DNA of 64,000 nt from a virus. Made by a program: the position numbers and the translations under genes. Position 1 is the first letter of the stretch; each line of letters starts with the position of its first letter. Shown here in pieces: positions 18,499-28,101 of the stretch. The notes below the pieces were generated by a model. It was not told the DNA's origin. It did no database searches and saw only the letters and a list, made by a program, of their open reading frames with translations. Location of the stretch: the IMG/VR virus record IMGVR_UViG_3300049847_000321, positions 4,754 through 68,753 of that record; one strand, written 5' to 3'.

Positions 18499-19449
18499 TC
18501 AAGTGGATTGAGGATGAAATAAATACTGCAAACCTCGAATTGGCTTACCGTTTGCTGTGCCTAATGGGAAAATAAGTTCATCGTGAATGTAATGAGGTTC
18601 ATTTGTTGCTCCGTGAACAAGTCCTTCCCACTTTGACGTTTCTGGATTAAGTTGTCTATTCCAGCCTACGAATCCTTCATAAACATCTCCGACTTCTGGT
18701 TGAATTTTCCCCCAAGTCAATTGAATCGAGAACTTGTAGGTGATTTCATAAAATTGAAGACCTTTGTTTAAGGTAATTTTTCGATTGGCCGTCAGACCGT
18801 CAAACTTGACGGTCTCAGCAGGTAGAATCGTATTGATGATTCTAAACTCACTCAGATTGATGGTGTTTTGCAATTTTCCAATTGTTAGACCAGGAATAGA
18901 TAAACACCTATGTCGAGTGACTTGACAAGTAATCTGAGGAAATGTGACCGCAACTTCAAATCCTTTCGGGTCTTTAATCTTGCCGTTTTTGATCCACCTA
19001 TAGAATTCATTTTTCTTAGAAATGGATTTACCCGCAAATTCCCATTGCTCTGACGCAATGTCCATTTGCGATTCGTGATCTCCTCCGTCGCTATTTTGCC
19101 GCTGTTCCGTCAAATTGGGCATCGTGTACGTGGCGATAAGAACGCCCTTATCAGGGTTCCCTATGCGATCTAGCCCAGCTAGACCTGTAATGTTCACTTC
19201 ATTTGAATCATATTTCGGAACATCAAAGTATTCTGAACTTACACTGGAGCAACGGCATAGTTTGAATAGAGGATGCTGATGACCTAATATATAGATCAAC
19301 CTTCCTCCGATCAGTCTATACCCTCCTAGCAAAAATTCCATTACTTCTGGAATTGCTGTGTAAGGTTCAACGTAGTAATGACGATCTACTCGGAGACTCG
19401 CCATTTCACCTTGAACACGTTCTTCAAACAATTTGATTGTGTAACTCAT
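18499..19449 (-). CDS. Hypothetical tail-tip / distal-tail-region protein
   Basis: Immediately downstream of the tape measure gene (abuts its stop). Confidence 0.55.
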   Translation of the reverse strand: MSYTIKLFEERVQGEMASLRVDRHYYVEPYTAIPEVMEFLLGGYRLIGGRLIYILGHQHPLFKLCRCSSVSSEYFDVPKYDSNEVNITGLAGLDRIGNPDKGVLIATYTMPNLTEQRQNSDGGDHESQMDIASEQWEFAGKSISKKNEFYRWIKNGKIKDPKGFEVAVTFPQITCQVTRHRCLSIPGLTIGKLQNTINLSEFRIINTILPAETVKFDGLTANRKITLNKGLQFYEITYKFSIQLTWGKIQPEVGDVYEGFVGWNRQLNPETSKWEGLVHGATNEPHYIHDELIFPLGTANGKPIRGLQYLFHPQST

Positions 19450-22233
19450 TTATCTCCCCGGAACAACTACCTGCCGACCCATAAATCCTTTTGCTATGTC
19501 AATCAGCATTGTCAATAAGTCGTTGCCTTTTTGTCCGTTGTTGGCGATGACATCAAGGACTGTCTCTTGTTCCATCGCCGCTTTTTGCAACCGATCAAAT
19601 GTATCAAAACCAGCAATGTTTTCAACATGCACAGTACCATCTTTACCGAATTTATTTCCTCCACCTGCACCTGCATTTTGAAAACCTTCAAGAATTTGGA
19701 TGACGCCGGGTGCTGCAACTCCTTTTAGCCATCCAATAACGTTAGCTGCACCTCCTGCTAAACCTCCAATAAATGGTTTTAGATCATTTGTCAATTTCGC
19801 AATGTCGATTGCAGCTTTACCTAAATTTACATTATCGCCAAATAAAGGATTTTTTCCTGCAGCATTTTTAGCAATATCTTCAGGAATATTTCCAAACAGA
19901 TTTGCTAATAATCCTCCTCCGCCTACTCCACCTTTTGCGTTTTGGAGTCTAGCGTCACGAATCTTTTGCACTTCTTGGTCTATTTCTGCCTCTGAAGGAA
20001 AACGGAAAAACTGCCACCATTTCCTATTTTCAGATAGGTTCGCTCTTGCTTGTTGACGATCTTGCATTTCCTGCACAGCATTACGAAACTTATCAATTCT
20101 TGCACCTATAACTTCAAAGGTAGCAATAATATAATTGCCCATTTCACTAAAAGCATTTTTTATGGTGTTGATAGCCACTTCAGCACCACTGATTAGTTTG
20201 TTCCAAAAAGTAGCTCCATTGATAATCAAGTTGGCGAAAGCTCCTTGCCAATCTTGCTTCCAAGAACTCAAATAAGCCCTGACTTTTTCAAATGCGGTAG
20301 GAAGTTGATTGCCCACCGCACCTGCCAATTCTCCGACTCCTGTAAAAGCTGACTTGACTCCGGAAACTAATGATTGAATTAGTGAGACAGCCCCACCCAA
20401 AACATTAGCACCGAAAACAGCCGTTATTTGACCAGAAAGTCCTACAAATATGGCAGTAAACGCAGCCGCAAGGGCTATCGCAGCAGGTAGCAATAATCCT
20501 CCAAGTATAACTGCTAGAGGGCCTCCAATAAGAGCCAATGCCAACAAAGACGCACCTGCAGTAATGATCGTAGTGACAAGACTGACAAAACCTCCGATCA
20601 CATTAGAGGCAATAACAACAGCCAAGTGAGTCAATGAAACCGCAGCACTGGCAGCATAACCGACAATGCCTATCAAACCTTTTAATAGGAAATTGGTTAT
20701 AGCCAAACCGGCATCAATTGAGAAGGCAATGATGTTATCTAGGGGATTGAGAATTGCCGACAGCATAGAGGCGGCAAAACCGATCGGAGACAACAGTCCG
20801 CTGATTACTGAGGCCAAAGTGGGCAGAAGCGAAATGACAGCGGACAAGCCCAAAGTCAACAAACCTCCTTGAACGACTGATCTTTTAACACCATCATCAA
20901 GTTTTTCATACCAAGATACAGTCTGCTGAATGACTGTATTGAGTGCCCTGAAATACGGTGCAGCAGCACCTCCTACAGTTTCAACCAATTTCTGCAATGA
21001 TTGTTGAAGGTTCGATGCTTCAACTGATCCCTTTGAAGCACCTAAGATAAACGTATTTATCATGCTTCCTAAAAAACTGCCAGCAGAACCTTGGTCGAGT
21101 GATACACCGATATAAGTCTTTCCGAACAATTGCCGCATTTCTCGAAATAGACCTATATTAAGCATTCTTGTGACAGTGCCGACAACACTACCATGTAATG
21201 CCTGACCTAAACCATGAATAGCTTTGGCCGGCAATTGCAAAGCATTGACTAAACCCGTTCCCAAAGTCGTCACTACAAATTTTGCACCGGCACCTAACTT
21301 ATTCAGACCAATTTCCATTGTTGACAAGAAACCTCTAGCCGCCGATGCAGAAACATTGATTGCTGCGGTGAGAGTATTCCCCATAATGTGAACAAGAGTT
21401 TTTGCGGCTTCACCTATTGGGCGAATGACCGAATTCAAACCATGTGCGGCAATCAATATACCTATTCCGCGAGAACCTCGTCCTTGACTTTCTTCACTTT
21501 CCTCCTTATTTTTGTCTATTTTTGCAAACATCTCCTCTAAATGCATTTTAGCAAAAAATTGTTTCATTCCTGGAGACAGGTCCGGTTGTGCAGGAATTAT
21601 ACCTTTGGCTCTTAGACTAGCCAACATATCCGGAGTGGCCCCTGTGGAACCCTCACCACTAGCTAGAATACTGCCTAAACCTAAATTGCCTGCGACCTTT
21701 GTGGATTTGCCCATAAACGAAGCAGGGATAAGACCCATATTCCGATAGAACTTCAACATATCAGGCGTTGCCGCCGAAGTAATGTCTGGAGATATCTTTG
21801 CTATTTGATCTGACATTGCTTTGACTTCGGCATCGGACATGAACACTTTTTTGCCGGAAGCCAATTGCTTCATCCAACGACCTGCCGCATTCATTACTGG
21901 TGGGCCAATGATCTGTGGAAGACCAGCAGATTTCAATTGAGCATTGATTTCCTTGAGTGCAGCACCCAATCCATTTACAGCTTCTTTCGCCTTTAGTAGC
22001 GGTGAGACATCACCCATTTTTTTGTAGGCGGCAACAGCTCCTTCAAACCCAGGAATCAATTGTGAAATGACTGTTGGTCCGACCCTTCTTAACGCATCCT
22101 CCATTACTTTGACGCTTGCACCTGCAGAAATTACTTTTCCTTTAGTGCGATCAAGCGCAGCGTCAATGATCGACAAACCTTCTTCACGAAATCGAAAAAT
22201 ACCTTCAGCGACTTCTTCGGCTGTAATCGGCAT
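19450..22233 (-). CDS. Tape measure protein
   Basis: About 927 aa, A/G/L-rich and helical with a long hydrophobic central part; follows the tail chaperone. Start placed at MPITAEE. Confidence 0.85.
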   Translation of the reverse strand: MPITAEEVAEGIFRFREEGLSIIDAALDRTKGKVISAGASVKVMEDALRRVGPTVISQLIPGFEGAVAAYKKMGDVSPLLKAKEAVNGLGAALKEINAQLKSAGLPQIIGPPVMNAAGRWMKQLASGKKVFMSDAEVKAMSDQIAKISPDITSAATPDMLKFYRNMGLIPASFMGKSTKVAGNLGLGSILASGEGSTGATPDMLASLRAKGIIPAQPDLSPGMKQFFAKMHLEEMFAKIDKNKEESEESQGRGSRGIGILIAAHGLNSVIRPIGEAAKTLVHIMGNTLTAAINVSASAARGFLSTMEIGLNKLGAGAKFVVTTLGTGLVNALQLPAKAIHGLGQALHGSVVGTVTRMLNIGLFREMRQLFGKTYIGVSLDQGSAGSFLGSMINTFILGASKGSVEASNLQQSLQKLVETVGGAAAPYFRALNTVIQQTVSWYEKLDDGVKRSVVQGGLLTLGLSAVISLLPTLASVISGLLSPIGFAASMLSAILNPLDNIIAFSIDAGLAITNFLLKGLIGIVGYAASAAVSLTHLAVVIASNVIGGFVSLVTTIITAGASLLALALIGGPLAVILGGLLLPAAIALAAAFTAIFVGLSGQITAVFGANVLGGAVSLIQSLVSGVKSAFTGVGELAGAVGNQLPTAFEKVRAYLSSWKQDWQGAFANLIINGATFWNKLISGAEVAINTIKNAFSEMGNYIIATFEVIGARIDKFRNAVQEMQDRQQARANLSENRKWWQFFRFPSEAEIDQEVQKIRDARLQNAKGGVGGGGLLANLFGNIPEDIAKNAAGKNPLFGDNVNLGKAAIDIAKLTNDLKPFIGGLAGGAANVIGWLKGVAAPGVIQILEGFQNAGAGGGNKFGKDGTVHVENIAGFDTFDRLQKAAMEQETVLDVIANNGQKGNDLLTMLIDIAKGFMGRQVVVPGR

Positions 22234-22486
22234 TTGTGTAATCCCTAGGCTTGATTTTGCCGTAACGAGTACGTAGCTCTTTAGCGTGGTTCTCCACCAA
22301 CGCAACATCTTGAGTCATCCTCAGATCCATTTGACCCAAGGCCGCTTCAATTTCTGGCCAAGGAGTTCTATTGAGTTCTTTCGGAGTCCATTTGAATTCA
22401 GATGCTTTGCAAATCTGGTGGCAAATGGCTGGCCAGTCGATGGTAGACCATCTGATTATGAGTCCGATGAACCCGTATCTTTTTTT
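22205..22486 (-). other. Programmed -1 frameshift site (A AAA AAA, 22480-22486) and GT-like extension
   Basis: GCA AAA AAA GAT; the -1 frame stays open for 91 codons (RYGFIG...FKWTPKELNRTPW...SR*) to TGA at 22205. Confidence 0.8.
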
Positions 22487-22938
22487 GCGGTGTTCTCCGG
22501 CAGCGCCCTTGATATAGTGGCAATGACGGCAATCGGTCCCATTCTGTCTACAATGCCTTTACAGACTTCGGGTGTCATATCAGGCTGATTGGCCGATGCG
22601 GCAAGGGACAGCATCATGGCGCAAACGTCGGCGTCGAAAAATGCGGAAGTAGGCAACTTAGGCTCAGAGAAACGTTCTCGCATACGTTCTTCATGATCCA
22701 GTTCCATCGCTTTTGTGATAATCACTCCAGCTAAGGTTTCTGGCATCTTCAACCGTGCTGTTTGCTCATAAACGGTTTCAAGTGTAGATTGCGGTTTTTT
22801 GTTCTTGAAAATGTAATCAACAAGACCTGATAGAGCTTGAGGAGCAAGTTGGTTCAACAGAACTTTCTTACCCTCAAGCTCTATCATAATCGGTCCGACC
22901 GATTGAGGGATGTTGGCGGTAGTAGTGGCCTCTAGCAT
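22456..22938 (-). CDS. Tail assembly chaperone (G-like)
   Basis: Between tail tube and tape measure genes; ends just after an A7 slippery run. Confidence 0.75.
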   Translation of the reverse strand: MLEATTTANIPQSVGPIMIELEGKKVLLNQLAPQALSGLVDYIFKNKKPQSTLETVYEQTARLKMPETLAGVIITKAMELDHEERMRERFSEPKLPTSAFFDADVCAMMLSLAASANQPDMTPEVCKGIVDRMGPIAVIATISRALPENTAKKDTGSSDS

Positions 22939-22959
22939 ACGTTATTTCTCCTTTGAAAA

Positions 22960-23406
22960 TTATGCACCATCCAAATTGGACGAGTCTAGTGCGGGTTTAG
23001 GTTCTTGAGTATAGGCCACAATGCCGTAAGTCACAAGACCATCAGCATCGCAACCTTTCAGTGAGACTGAATCAATGATGAACAACCATTGATTATACCA
23101 TAGTAAATCACCAGTTCTGAGCCAAAGTAGTATTTCATCACCAGGAATCATTCCAGCTTTTCCAGGTCCTGTTTGATCTGGGATACCTGCTCCAGGAGTA
23201 TCATCGCCGACATAAACAGTTGCGGTTAACTTATGGCCTTTTTTAACCACAGACCGATGCTCATGTCCATTTGTGCAAGAAGAGGTATCCTCCTTCAAAG
23301 TCGCCATCGACTCTAAAGTCCACTGACTAACACAGTAGGTGAATTGAGTCGTGGTTGAATCGTTGCCACGAACCATTTGACCCCAAACACCAGATGTAGT
23401 CGCCAT
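22960..23406 (-). CDS. Tail tube-like protein, paralog 2
   Basis: WTLES...KEDTSSCTNGHEHR; homologous to 23435..23845. Confidence 0.65.
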   Translation of the reverse strand: MATTSGVWGQMVRGNDSTTTQFTYCVSQWTLESMATLKEDTSSCTNGHEHRSVVKKGHKLTATVYVGDDTPGAGIPDQTGPGKAGMIPGDEILLWLRTGDLLWYNQWLFIIDSVSLKGCDADGLVTYGIVAYTQEPKPALDSSNLDGA

Positions 23407-23434
23407 TTATGTCTCCTTGAAGCAATGCTAAGAA

Positions 23435-23845
23435 TTAACCCAGTGTCCATGTGGCCAATGCAGGTTTTGCAGCTTGTGAATACATGACAGCACTATAGGT
23501 TACAAGACCATCAGCATCGCAACCTTTCAGTGAGACTGAATCAATGATGAACAACCAACTGTTGTAGGCTTTGAGTGTGCCTACACGTAAACTCATAGTG
23601 ACTTCATTGCCAGGAATAATTGTATCTTCTTCTGGTTGGTGAGCTGACGAAACAAAAATGTCAATCGTCAGTTTTTCACCCTTTTTCACTGAAGCGCGAT
23701 GTTCATGTCCGGCTGTACATGCGCTTGTATCTTCTTTCAAATTGGCTGAACTCTCCAAAGTCCAGGTCCCGCAGCACAAAGCGATTGTACTGCCACCAGT
23801 TCCGACAACAGCCTTGCCCTCTGCACCTGATACTGTATTCGGCAT
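23435..23845 (-). CDS. Tail tube-like protein, paralog 1
   Basis: GTWTLESSANLKEDTSACTAGHEHR; small beta-rich protein upstream of the chaperone and tape measure genes. Confidence 0.7.
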   Translation of the reverse strand: MPNTVSGAEGKAVVGTGGSTIALCCGTWTLESSANLKEDTSACTAGHEHRASVKKGEKLTIDIFVSSAHQPEEDTIIPGNEVTMSLRVGTLKAYNSWLFIIDSVSLKGCDADGLVTYSAVMYSQAAKPALATWTLG

Positions 23846-23873
23846 TTCATCTCTCCTTTAGAAGTTGCAAAAG

Positions 23874-24392
23874 TTACCCTCCAGCAAACGACCAAGATAC
23901 ATCTATAGTCGATCCGCCTGGATTTTTGATTAAGATTTTATCTCCAGATGAACCTGTGTACGGTTCATCATAAGTAAAATCCACTGTACGATCTTGATAC
24001 GCCGAGACCGGTGACATACCGAATGTCACGGCTGCCGCATCATTATTAGGACCGACTCTGATCTTTTTGGTTCCATCTGGCGACTGCAAAGCCACACAAC
24101 CAAATAATACTTTACCGCCTGCTCCTATGACAGTTCCGGTCAAGCGATCTGTTTGAGTTGTAAAATCAATTGTCAATGTCGCACCTGCCCCAATTGTATT
24201 ATCACCATGACATTGCCATTTCAATTTACCAGTAGCACTGGAAATGGTATCATCACCGGTAATCAGCAACTTCGGAAAATTCTTTGTAGCCGTTTTAAGA
24301 ATGTCCTGTTGCTCACTGACCCCATCATTGCTATAATCTGAGGTCACTTCGTAGTTGATTTCTAGCACAGCCGCAATAGTCGGAACTGCCAT
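23874..24392 (-). CDS. Hypothetical structural protein
   Basis: Position in the neck/tail block; beta-rich composition. Confidence 0.6.
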   Translation of the reverse strand: MAVPTIAAVLEINYEVTSDYSNDGVSEQQDILKTATKNFPKLLITGDDTISSATGKLKWQCHGDNTIGAGATLTIDFTTQTDRLTGTVIGAGGKVLFGCVALQSPDGTKKIRVGPNNDAAAVTFGMSPVSAYQDRTVDFTYDEPYTGSSGDKILIKNPGGSTIDVSWSFAGG

Positions 24393-24401
24393 TATTATCT
24401 C

Positions 24402-24818
24402 CTAGTTATCAGACCATCGCCACATTTCCCAAGTGTAAGGTTGAAGTTCAACGCCCACACCTCCGAAGCGGCTTGTATCTCGGTCTACAGATGCGTCGGA
24501 ATTACGAAGCAAGACTGCCCCGGTTAGTTTGTATTCTCTTTCCTGTCTGACAATCATACCCAATGCTCTTTCAACTGTTTCTCGCAGTCGAGACCCCATG
24601 GGTAGACGAATATCAACCCGAATTAACAGTTGAATAGTCTCTCCGCAGTTTGATCGAATCTGACCATTTCTTCTTACAACTCCTGCAGCGTAGGGCGGCA
24701 CTGTAGTCTGATTTGGTTCGTCAAATGTCAATGGCGCAACAAGATGCAGGCCAGTCCGTCGCCAAAGTTTTACAAAGCCCTTTTGTGTATCTAAAAAAGG
24801 CGTGTCGGGAGAATTCAT
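24402..24818 (-). CDS. Putative tail terminator/completion protein
   Basis: Size and position after the neck genes. Confidence 0.45.
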   Translation of the reverse strand: MNSPDTPFLDTQKGFVKLWRRTGLHLVAPLTFDEPNQTTVPPYAAGVVRRNGQIRSNCGETIQLLIRVDIRLPMGSRLRETVERALGMIVRQEREYKLTGAVLLRNSDASVDRDTSRFGGVGVELQPYTWEMWRWSDN

Positions 24819-24823
24819 TTAAT

Positions 24824-25075
24824 TCACTCCGATTCAGGAACATAATCATCTTTGCGGAGCACTGGCAGAGGCGGAGGTAATTGAGATTCAGAAAAAGAAG
24901 GAGTAGCACATTTATCAATCTCAACCTCATATTCAAAGTCGAGTATGTGTCCCATCATCCCTTCTTCACGAAAATACTGCGAAACAGCGTCAAGCCAGCT
25001 TCGATGTATTTCTCCATCAATTGTTCTGACGGAATATCCTTCGCCTTTAGCCTTGATCGTCCATGTCACTGGCAT
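24824..25075 (-). CDS. Hypothetical protein
   Basis: Stop/start coupling within the operon. Confidence 0.55.
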   Translation of the reverse strand: MPVTWTIKAKGEGYSVRTIDGEIHRSWLDAVSQYFREEGMMGHILDFEYEVEIDKCATPSFSESQLPPPLPVLRKDDYVPESE

Positions 25076-25461
25076 TACTTATTCCTCTTGAAGATTGAAT
25101 TGAATTTTGGTTTCAACTTGCTAATAACGTCAAGCAAGCCCCTTCTACCTTTTCGCACAAGATAGATGCCATATTTCTTTCCGTAGCCTACAGTGCAACT
25201 CCCTTTAGCTGCAACACCGCCTATTGTAGTAGGAGAGTACCAAAATGTGTTCGTCAAATCACCGCTTCTCATAGCCGGATATTGATTTCTTCTTGAAGAA
25301 GGTGGCCACAACTTTCTGGAGTAGTCATCGTGCGCCTGTTCTACTGTCATAACAGCGCACTCAAGGACAGCGTTGGCGGCGATCCTTTTCATCTTCTCTT
25401 TGAATTTGAAGGTCTGATCTTTTATGGTAAACGTCATCTTAACCGTCCCATCGTGCCCCAT
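25075..25461 (-). CDS. HK97 gp10-like neck/tail completion protein
   Basis: PAMRSGDLTNT...TVGYGKKYGIYL, resembling the TGxLxxS...Y pattern; very basic. Confidence 0.6.
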   Translation of the reverse strand: MGHDGTVKMTFTIKDQTFKFKEKMKRIAANAVLECAVMTVEQAHDDYSRKLWPPSSRRNQYPAMRSGDLTNTFWYSPTTIGGVAAKGSCTVGYGKKYGIYLVRKGRRGLLDVISKLKPKFNSIFKRNK

Positions 25462-26125
25462 TGTCCTCAGCCATTAAAGTAGGCAAGGCGTCTAGGGCAT
25501 CAGTGTCCTTGACCATTGACAACTCAAGAATCCTTCCGCTCAAATCTACCCTCTTATTGTCAGAGTACATCGAAATGACTCTCACTTGGTAGTCAAGTTC
25601 AACTCTGACTGGGAGGTTCTCACAAAAAATCTCATACCCATTGTCAAGTTGAGGGATGCCTAAATCAGTAGTCGAATCACGATCTGAAGGTTGAATACGA
25701 CAGGAAAGATTTGAAACAACCTTTTCATATGTTTTAATCGTTCTACCGTATTCGTCGCTTGTTGATATTGGCTTCCATATCTCAATCTTATCACGCAAAT
25801 TGAAAACAATCACTAAGTTGATCGTCGTTGCTTCCCAAAAACTGGCGACAGTTGAATGGCCAGAGGTCAACACATTATGTCGAATGCCATAAGCATCTTC
25901 AATCACCCATCTTGAGTAGATGCCATTTGCACCGATATCATCTTCACTGAATGTCCAGGAATTGCCATCACCGAGATAAACACCTGTTGATCTACCGACT
26001 TCATCAATAGTCAACGGATATCTTACTGCGTAAGGACAAACACGTCTTTGTCCGGCAGGATTTATCACCGTGACAGATTCACGTCCTTGCAGCCACTTCT
26101 GGTGATTGAGTTTATATTGTGGCAT
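25439..26125 (-). CDS. Head-closure-like protein
   Basis: IEIWKP...DEYGRTIKTYEKVVSNLSCRIQP pattern. Confidence 0.6.
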   Translation of the reverse strand: MPQYKLNHQKWLQGRESVTVINPAGQRRVCPYAVRYPLTIDEVGRSTGVYLGDGNSWTFSEDDIGANGIYSRWVIEDAYGIRHNVLTSGHSTVASFWEATTINLVIVFNLRDKIEIWKPISTSDEYGRTIKTYEKVVSNLSCRIQPSDRDSTTDLGIPQLDNGYEIFCENLPVRVELDYQVRVISMYSDNKRVDLSGRILELSMVKDTDALDALPTLMAEDNGARWDG

Positions 26126-26127
26126 GA

Positions 26128-26409
26128 TTATTCATTGAGCAAAAATAGAGGGTCACCCAAAATAGTCACATCAGGATCAGTCTTACCGATATATCGAATC
26201 TTGACAACACTCGACTTATCGGTATTGTTCTGATTGTACAACTTAACCAATCGAGTCAATGCGCCTTCCAATGTTTCAATGTATTCATTGGTTTTGAATG
26301 TACGACCCTTCTCCGTGTAGGAAGGTGCCGGATCAGTCAACACTTCAATCAACCTATCTTGAAGAAGGTCTATTTGTTGTGCTAACTTCGTTAGATCCAA
26401 GACTGCCAT
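26128..26409 (-). CDS. Putative head-tail adaptor
   Basis: Small helical protein with SYTEKGRT motif, downstream of the capsid genes. Confidence 0.5.
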   Translation of the reverse strand: MAVLDLTKLAQQIDLLQDRLIEVLTDPAPSYTEKGRTFKTNEYIETLEGALTRLVKLYNQNNTDKSSVVKIRYIGKTDPDVTILGDPLFLLNE

Positions 26410-26434
26410 GAGACCCTCCTACACGGAGCACAGA

Positions 26435-26914
26435 TTACACCTGGCTGGCAAGCCAAGAGTTAACCTTACCTTTGTTAGCGAACCCTTGACCCTTATTAAG
26501 AGGCGTAGTAGAGTTAGGTGCGTAAGCATAAAACTCATTGCCTTTCTTAAAGATTGAAACCTTAGCTTCCTTTGCCAAAGGGAAAGCTGAGGTTACGTCA
26601 CTCCCCAAATCTTTGATCTGTTCCTTCAAATCGCTGACTTGGTTTCCGATCACCTCCTCCTCTTGCGATTCCCCGGAATCATCTTGACTAGGGGCAGCCT
26701 TGGATGAAGAAGTTGAAACTGCTACCGTCTTTTTAGGCGGTGATTCGTCGTCGCCATCTTCGACAAACTTACCTACTTTGGTAAAGCAGTTTGGAAATCT
26801 CTCACACAAGTCAATGTCAGATTCCACAATGTCTCCGCATTTGTAATGCAGAGGCTTTTTTGGATCATCACTTGGTTGTGTGTGAGAAGGATTCAGTACG
26901 CGAAATTTGGCCAT
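26435..26914 (-). CDS. Hypothetical head-associated protein
   Basis: Directly after the major capsid gene; YKCGDIVES motif. Confidence 0.55.
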   Translation of the reverse strand: MAKFRVLNPSHTQPSDDPKKPLHYKCGDIVESDIDLCERFPNCFTKVGKFVEDGDDESPPKKTVAVSTSSSKAAPSQDDSGESQEEEVIGNQVSDLKEQIKDLGSDVTSAFPLAKEAKVSIFKKGNEFYAYAPNSTTPLNKGQGFANKGKVNSWLASQV

Positions 26915-26956
26915 GTTAAACCTTTCGAGAAAAAGAGAAAGGGCGATCCATATTCA

Positions 26957-28039
26957 TCACGACCCGTGACAAATACCAGTGCTGTTGTTGTAGTCTTTGC
27001 GGATTCGCGGAACCATCATACCGATGATTTTCATTTTCTGTTCAAACGGATCGGCATCCCAACGAATCACTTGAATCTGCATACCATTGATAATCTGAAT
27101 CACGTCAGGCGTGATCTGAACCATCAGAATAGTATTGCCAGTCAAGTAATCCGCGGTCCGAACATCGGTGATTCCGCTGATCTGCAAAATCCGCTCACGA
27201 ACAGTATTACTACCCTTCGCGGCGCTATAATCATCATCCAAGTACGGATCCCACGCCGGAGCTGTATAGAGCATATACGGCCCACGTCGGAAGGCAAGGA
27301 ACAACTGTTGCTTCATCGCCAAGATTTCATTGACCAAGATTGTCGGAGTCCAGCCTGCCGCTGTAGGAGCAGTCAGAACTTTCGTCAAACGACTTGGGAA
27401 GTTGGCGATGCCATATGCAGTAGCACCTGCATAAGAGTATTGCGTAGCAACACCAAGCACATCTTGTTCAATGCTTTCCGCAACGTGACGAGTGGCTTGC
27501 TCAATACTTGCAGTATCAAGCGGCATCGAACCATTACGAGAGACCAGCAGATCACGAATACCGATTGACACATCTTTAAAGGTCAACGGCAGCGGAATAC
27601 CAGTCAAATCGTAGACTGGTCGATCCACGTCGCTCCGTCGGCGAGGATCCATAGACTTGATCGCACCGCTCGTATCTGATTGTGTTTGGTGCTGAATAAC
27701 AGTGTGTGCCATACCATTTGGCAGATTGTACGCACAACCAGGCACACCCATAATATCCTGAACCACACGCAATCGCGCACGTTGGACGCGAAGCACAACC
27801 TCATCAAGCATCACCCACTCACGATAGAGCAAGGTTTCTGCATTGTTGACAAGACCGTTGTTGTTATGAGTGGCAATACGCATCGGGACTTCTTCACCTT
27901 TATGGTTAGTCGTCATTCGATATGTATTGCCATCTTCGGCAATGAACGGTCGGAATACACGAGGATCACCATTCGCAGCCAAAAGGCCGCCAGCGGTTTG
28001 TCCATGTGCGCTTCCGTTCATAAAGTAATTCGGTTCCAT
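26957..28039 (-). CDS. Major capsid protein (HK97 fold, encapsulin/linocin-like type)
   Basis: 360 aa; EWVMLDEVV...RLRVVQDI, GIPLPLTFKDVSIGIRDL, YGIANFP, GPYMLY, IMVPRIRKD. Confidence 0.85.
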   Translation of the reverse strand: MEPNYFMNGSAHGQTAGGLLAANGDPRVFRPFIAEDGNTYRMTTNHKGEEVPMRIATHNNNGLVNNAETLLYREWVMLDEVVLRVQRARLRVVQDIMGVPGCAYNLPNGMAHTVIQHQTQSDTSGAIKSMDPRRRSDVDRPVYDLTGIPLPLTFKDVSIGIRDLLVSRNGSMPLDTASIEQATRHVAESIEQDVLGVATQYSYAGATAYGIANFPSRLTKVLTAPTAAGWTPTILVNEILAMKQQLFLAFRRGPYMLYTAPAWDPYLDDDYSAAKGSNTVRERILQISGITDVRTADYLTGNTILMVQITPDVIQIINGMQIQVIRWDADPFEQKMKIIGMMVPRIRKDYNNSTGICHGS

Positions 28040-28101
28040 CTCAAATTTTCCTTTCGTGTGTTTGTATTAGTCCTGTAGCCAGTGGCTCAGGAAGACTTTG
28101 G

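Noticed and set aside
26846-27568. 240-aa plus-strand ORF opposite the capsid gene (also 34806-35330)
   Set aside because: Fully antisense to well-supported genes, with no SD or recognisable motif.
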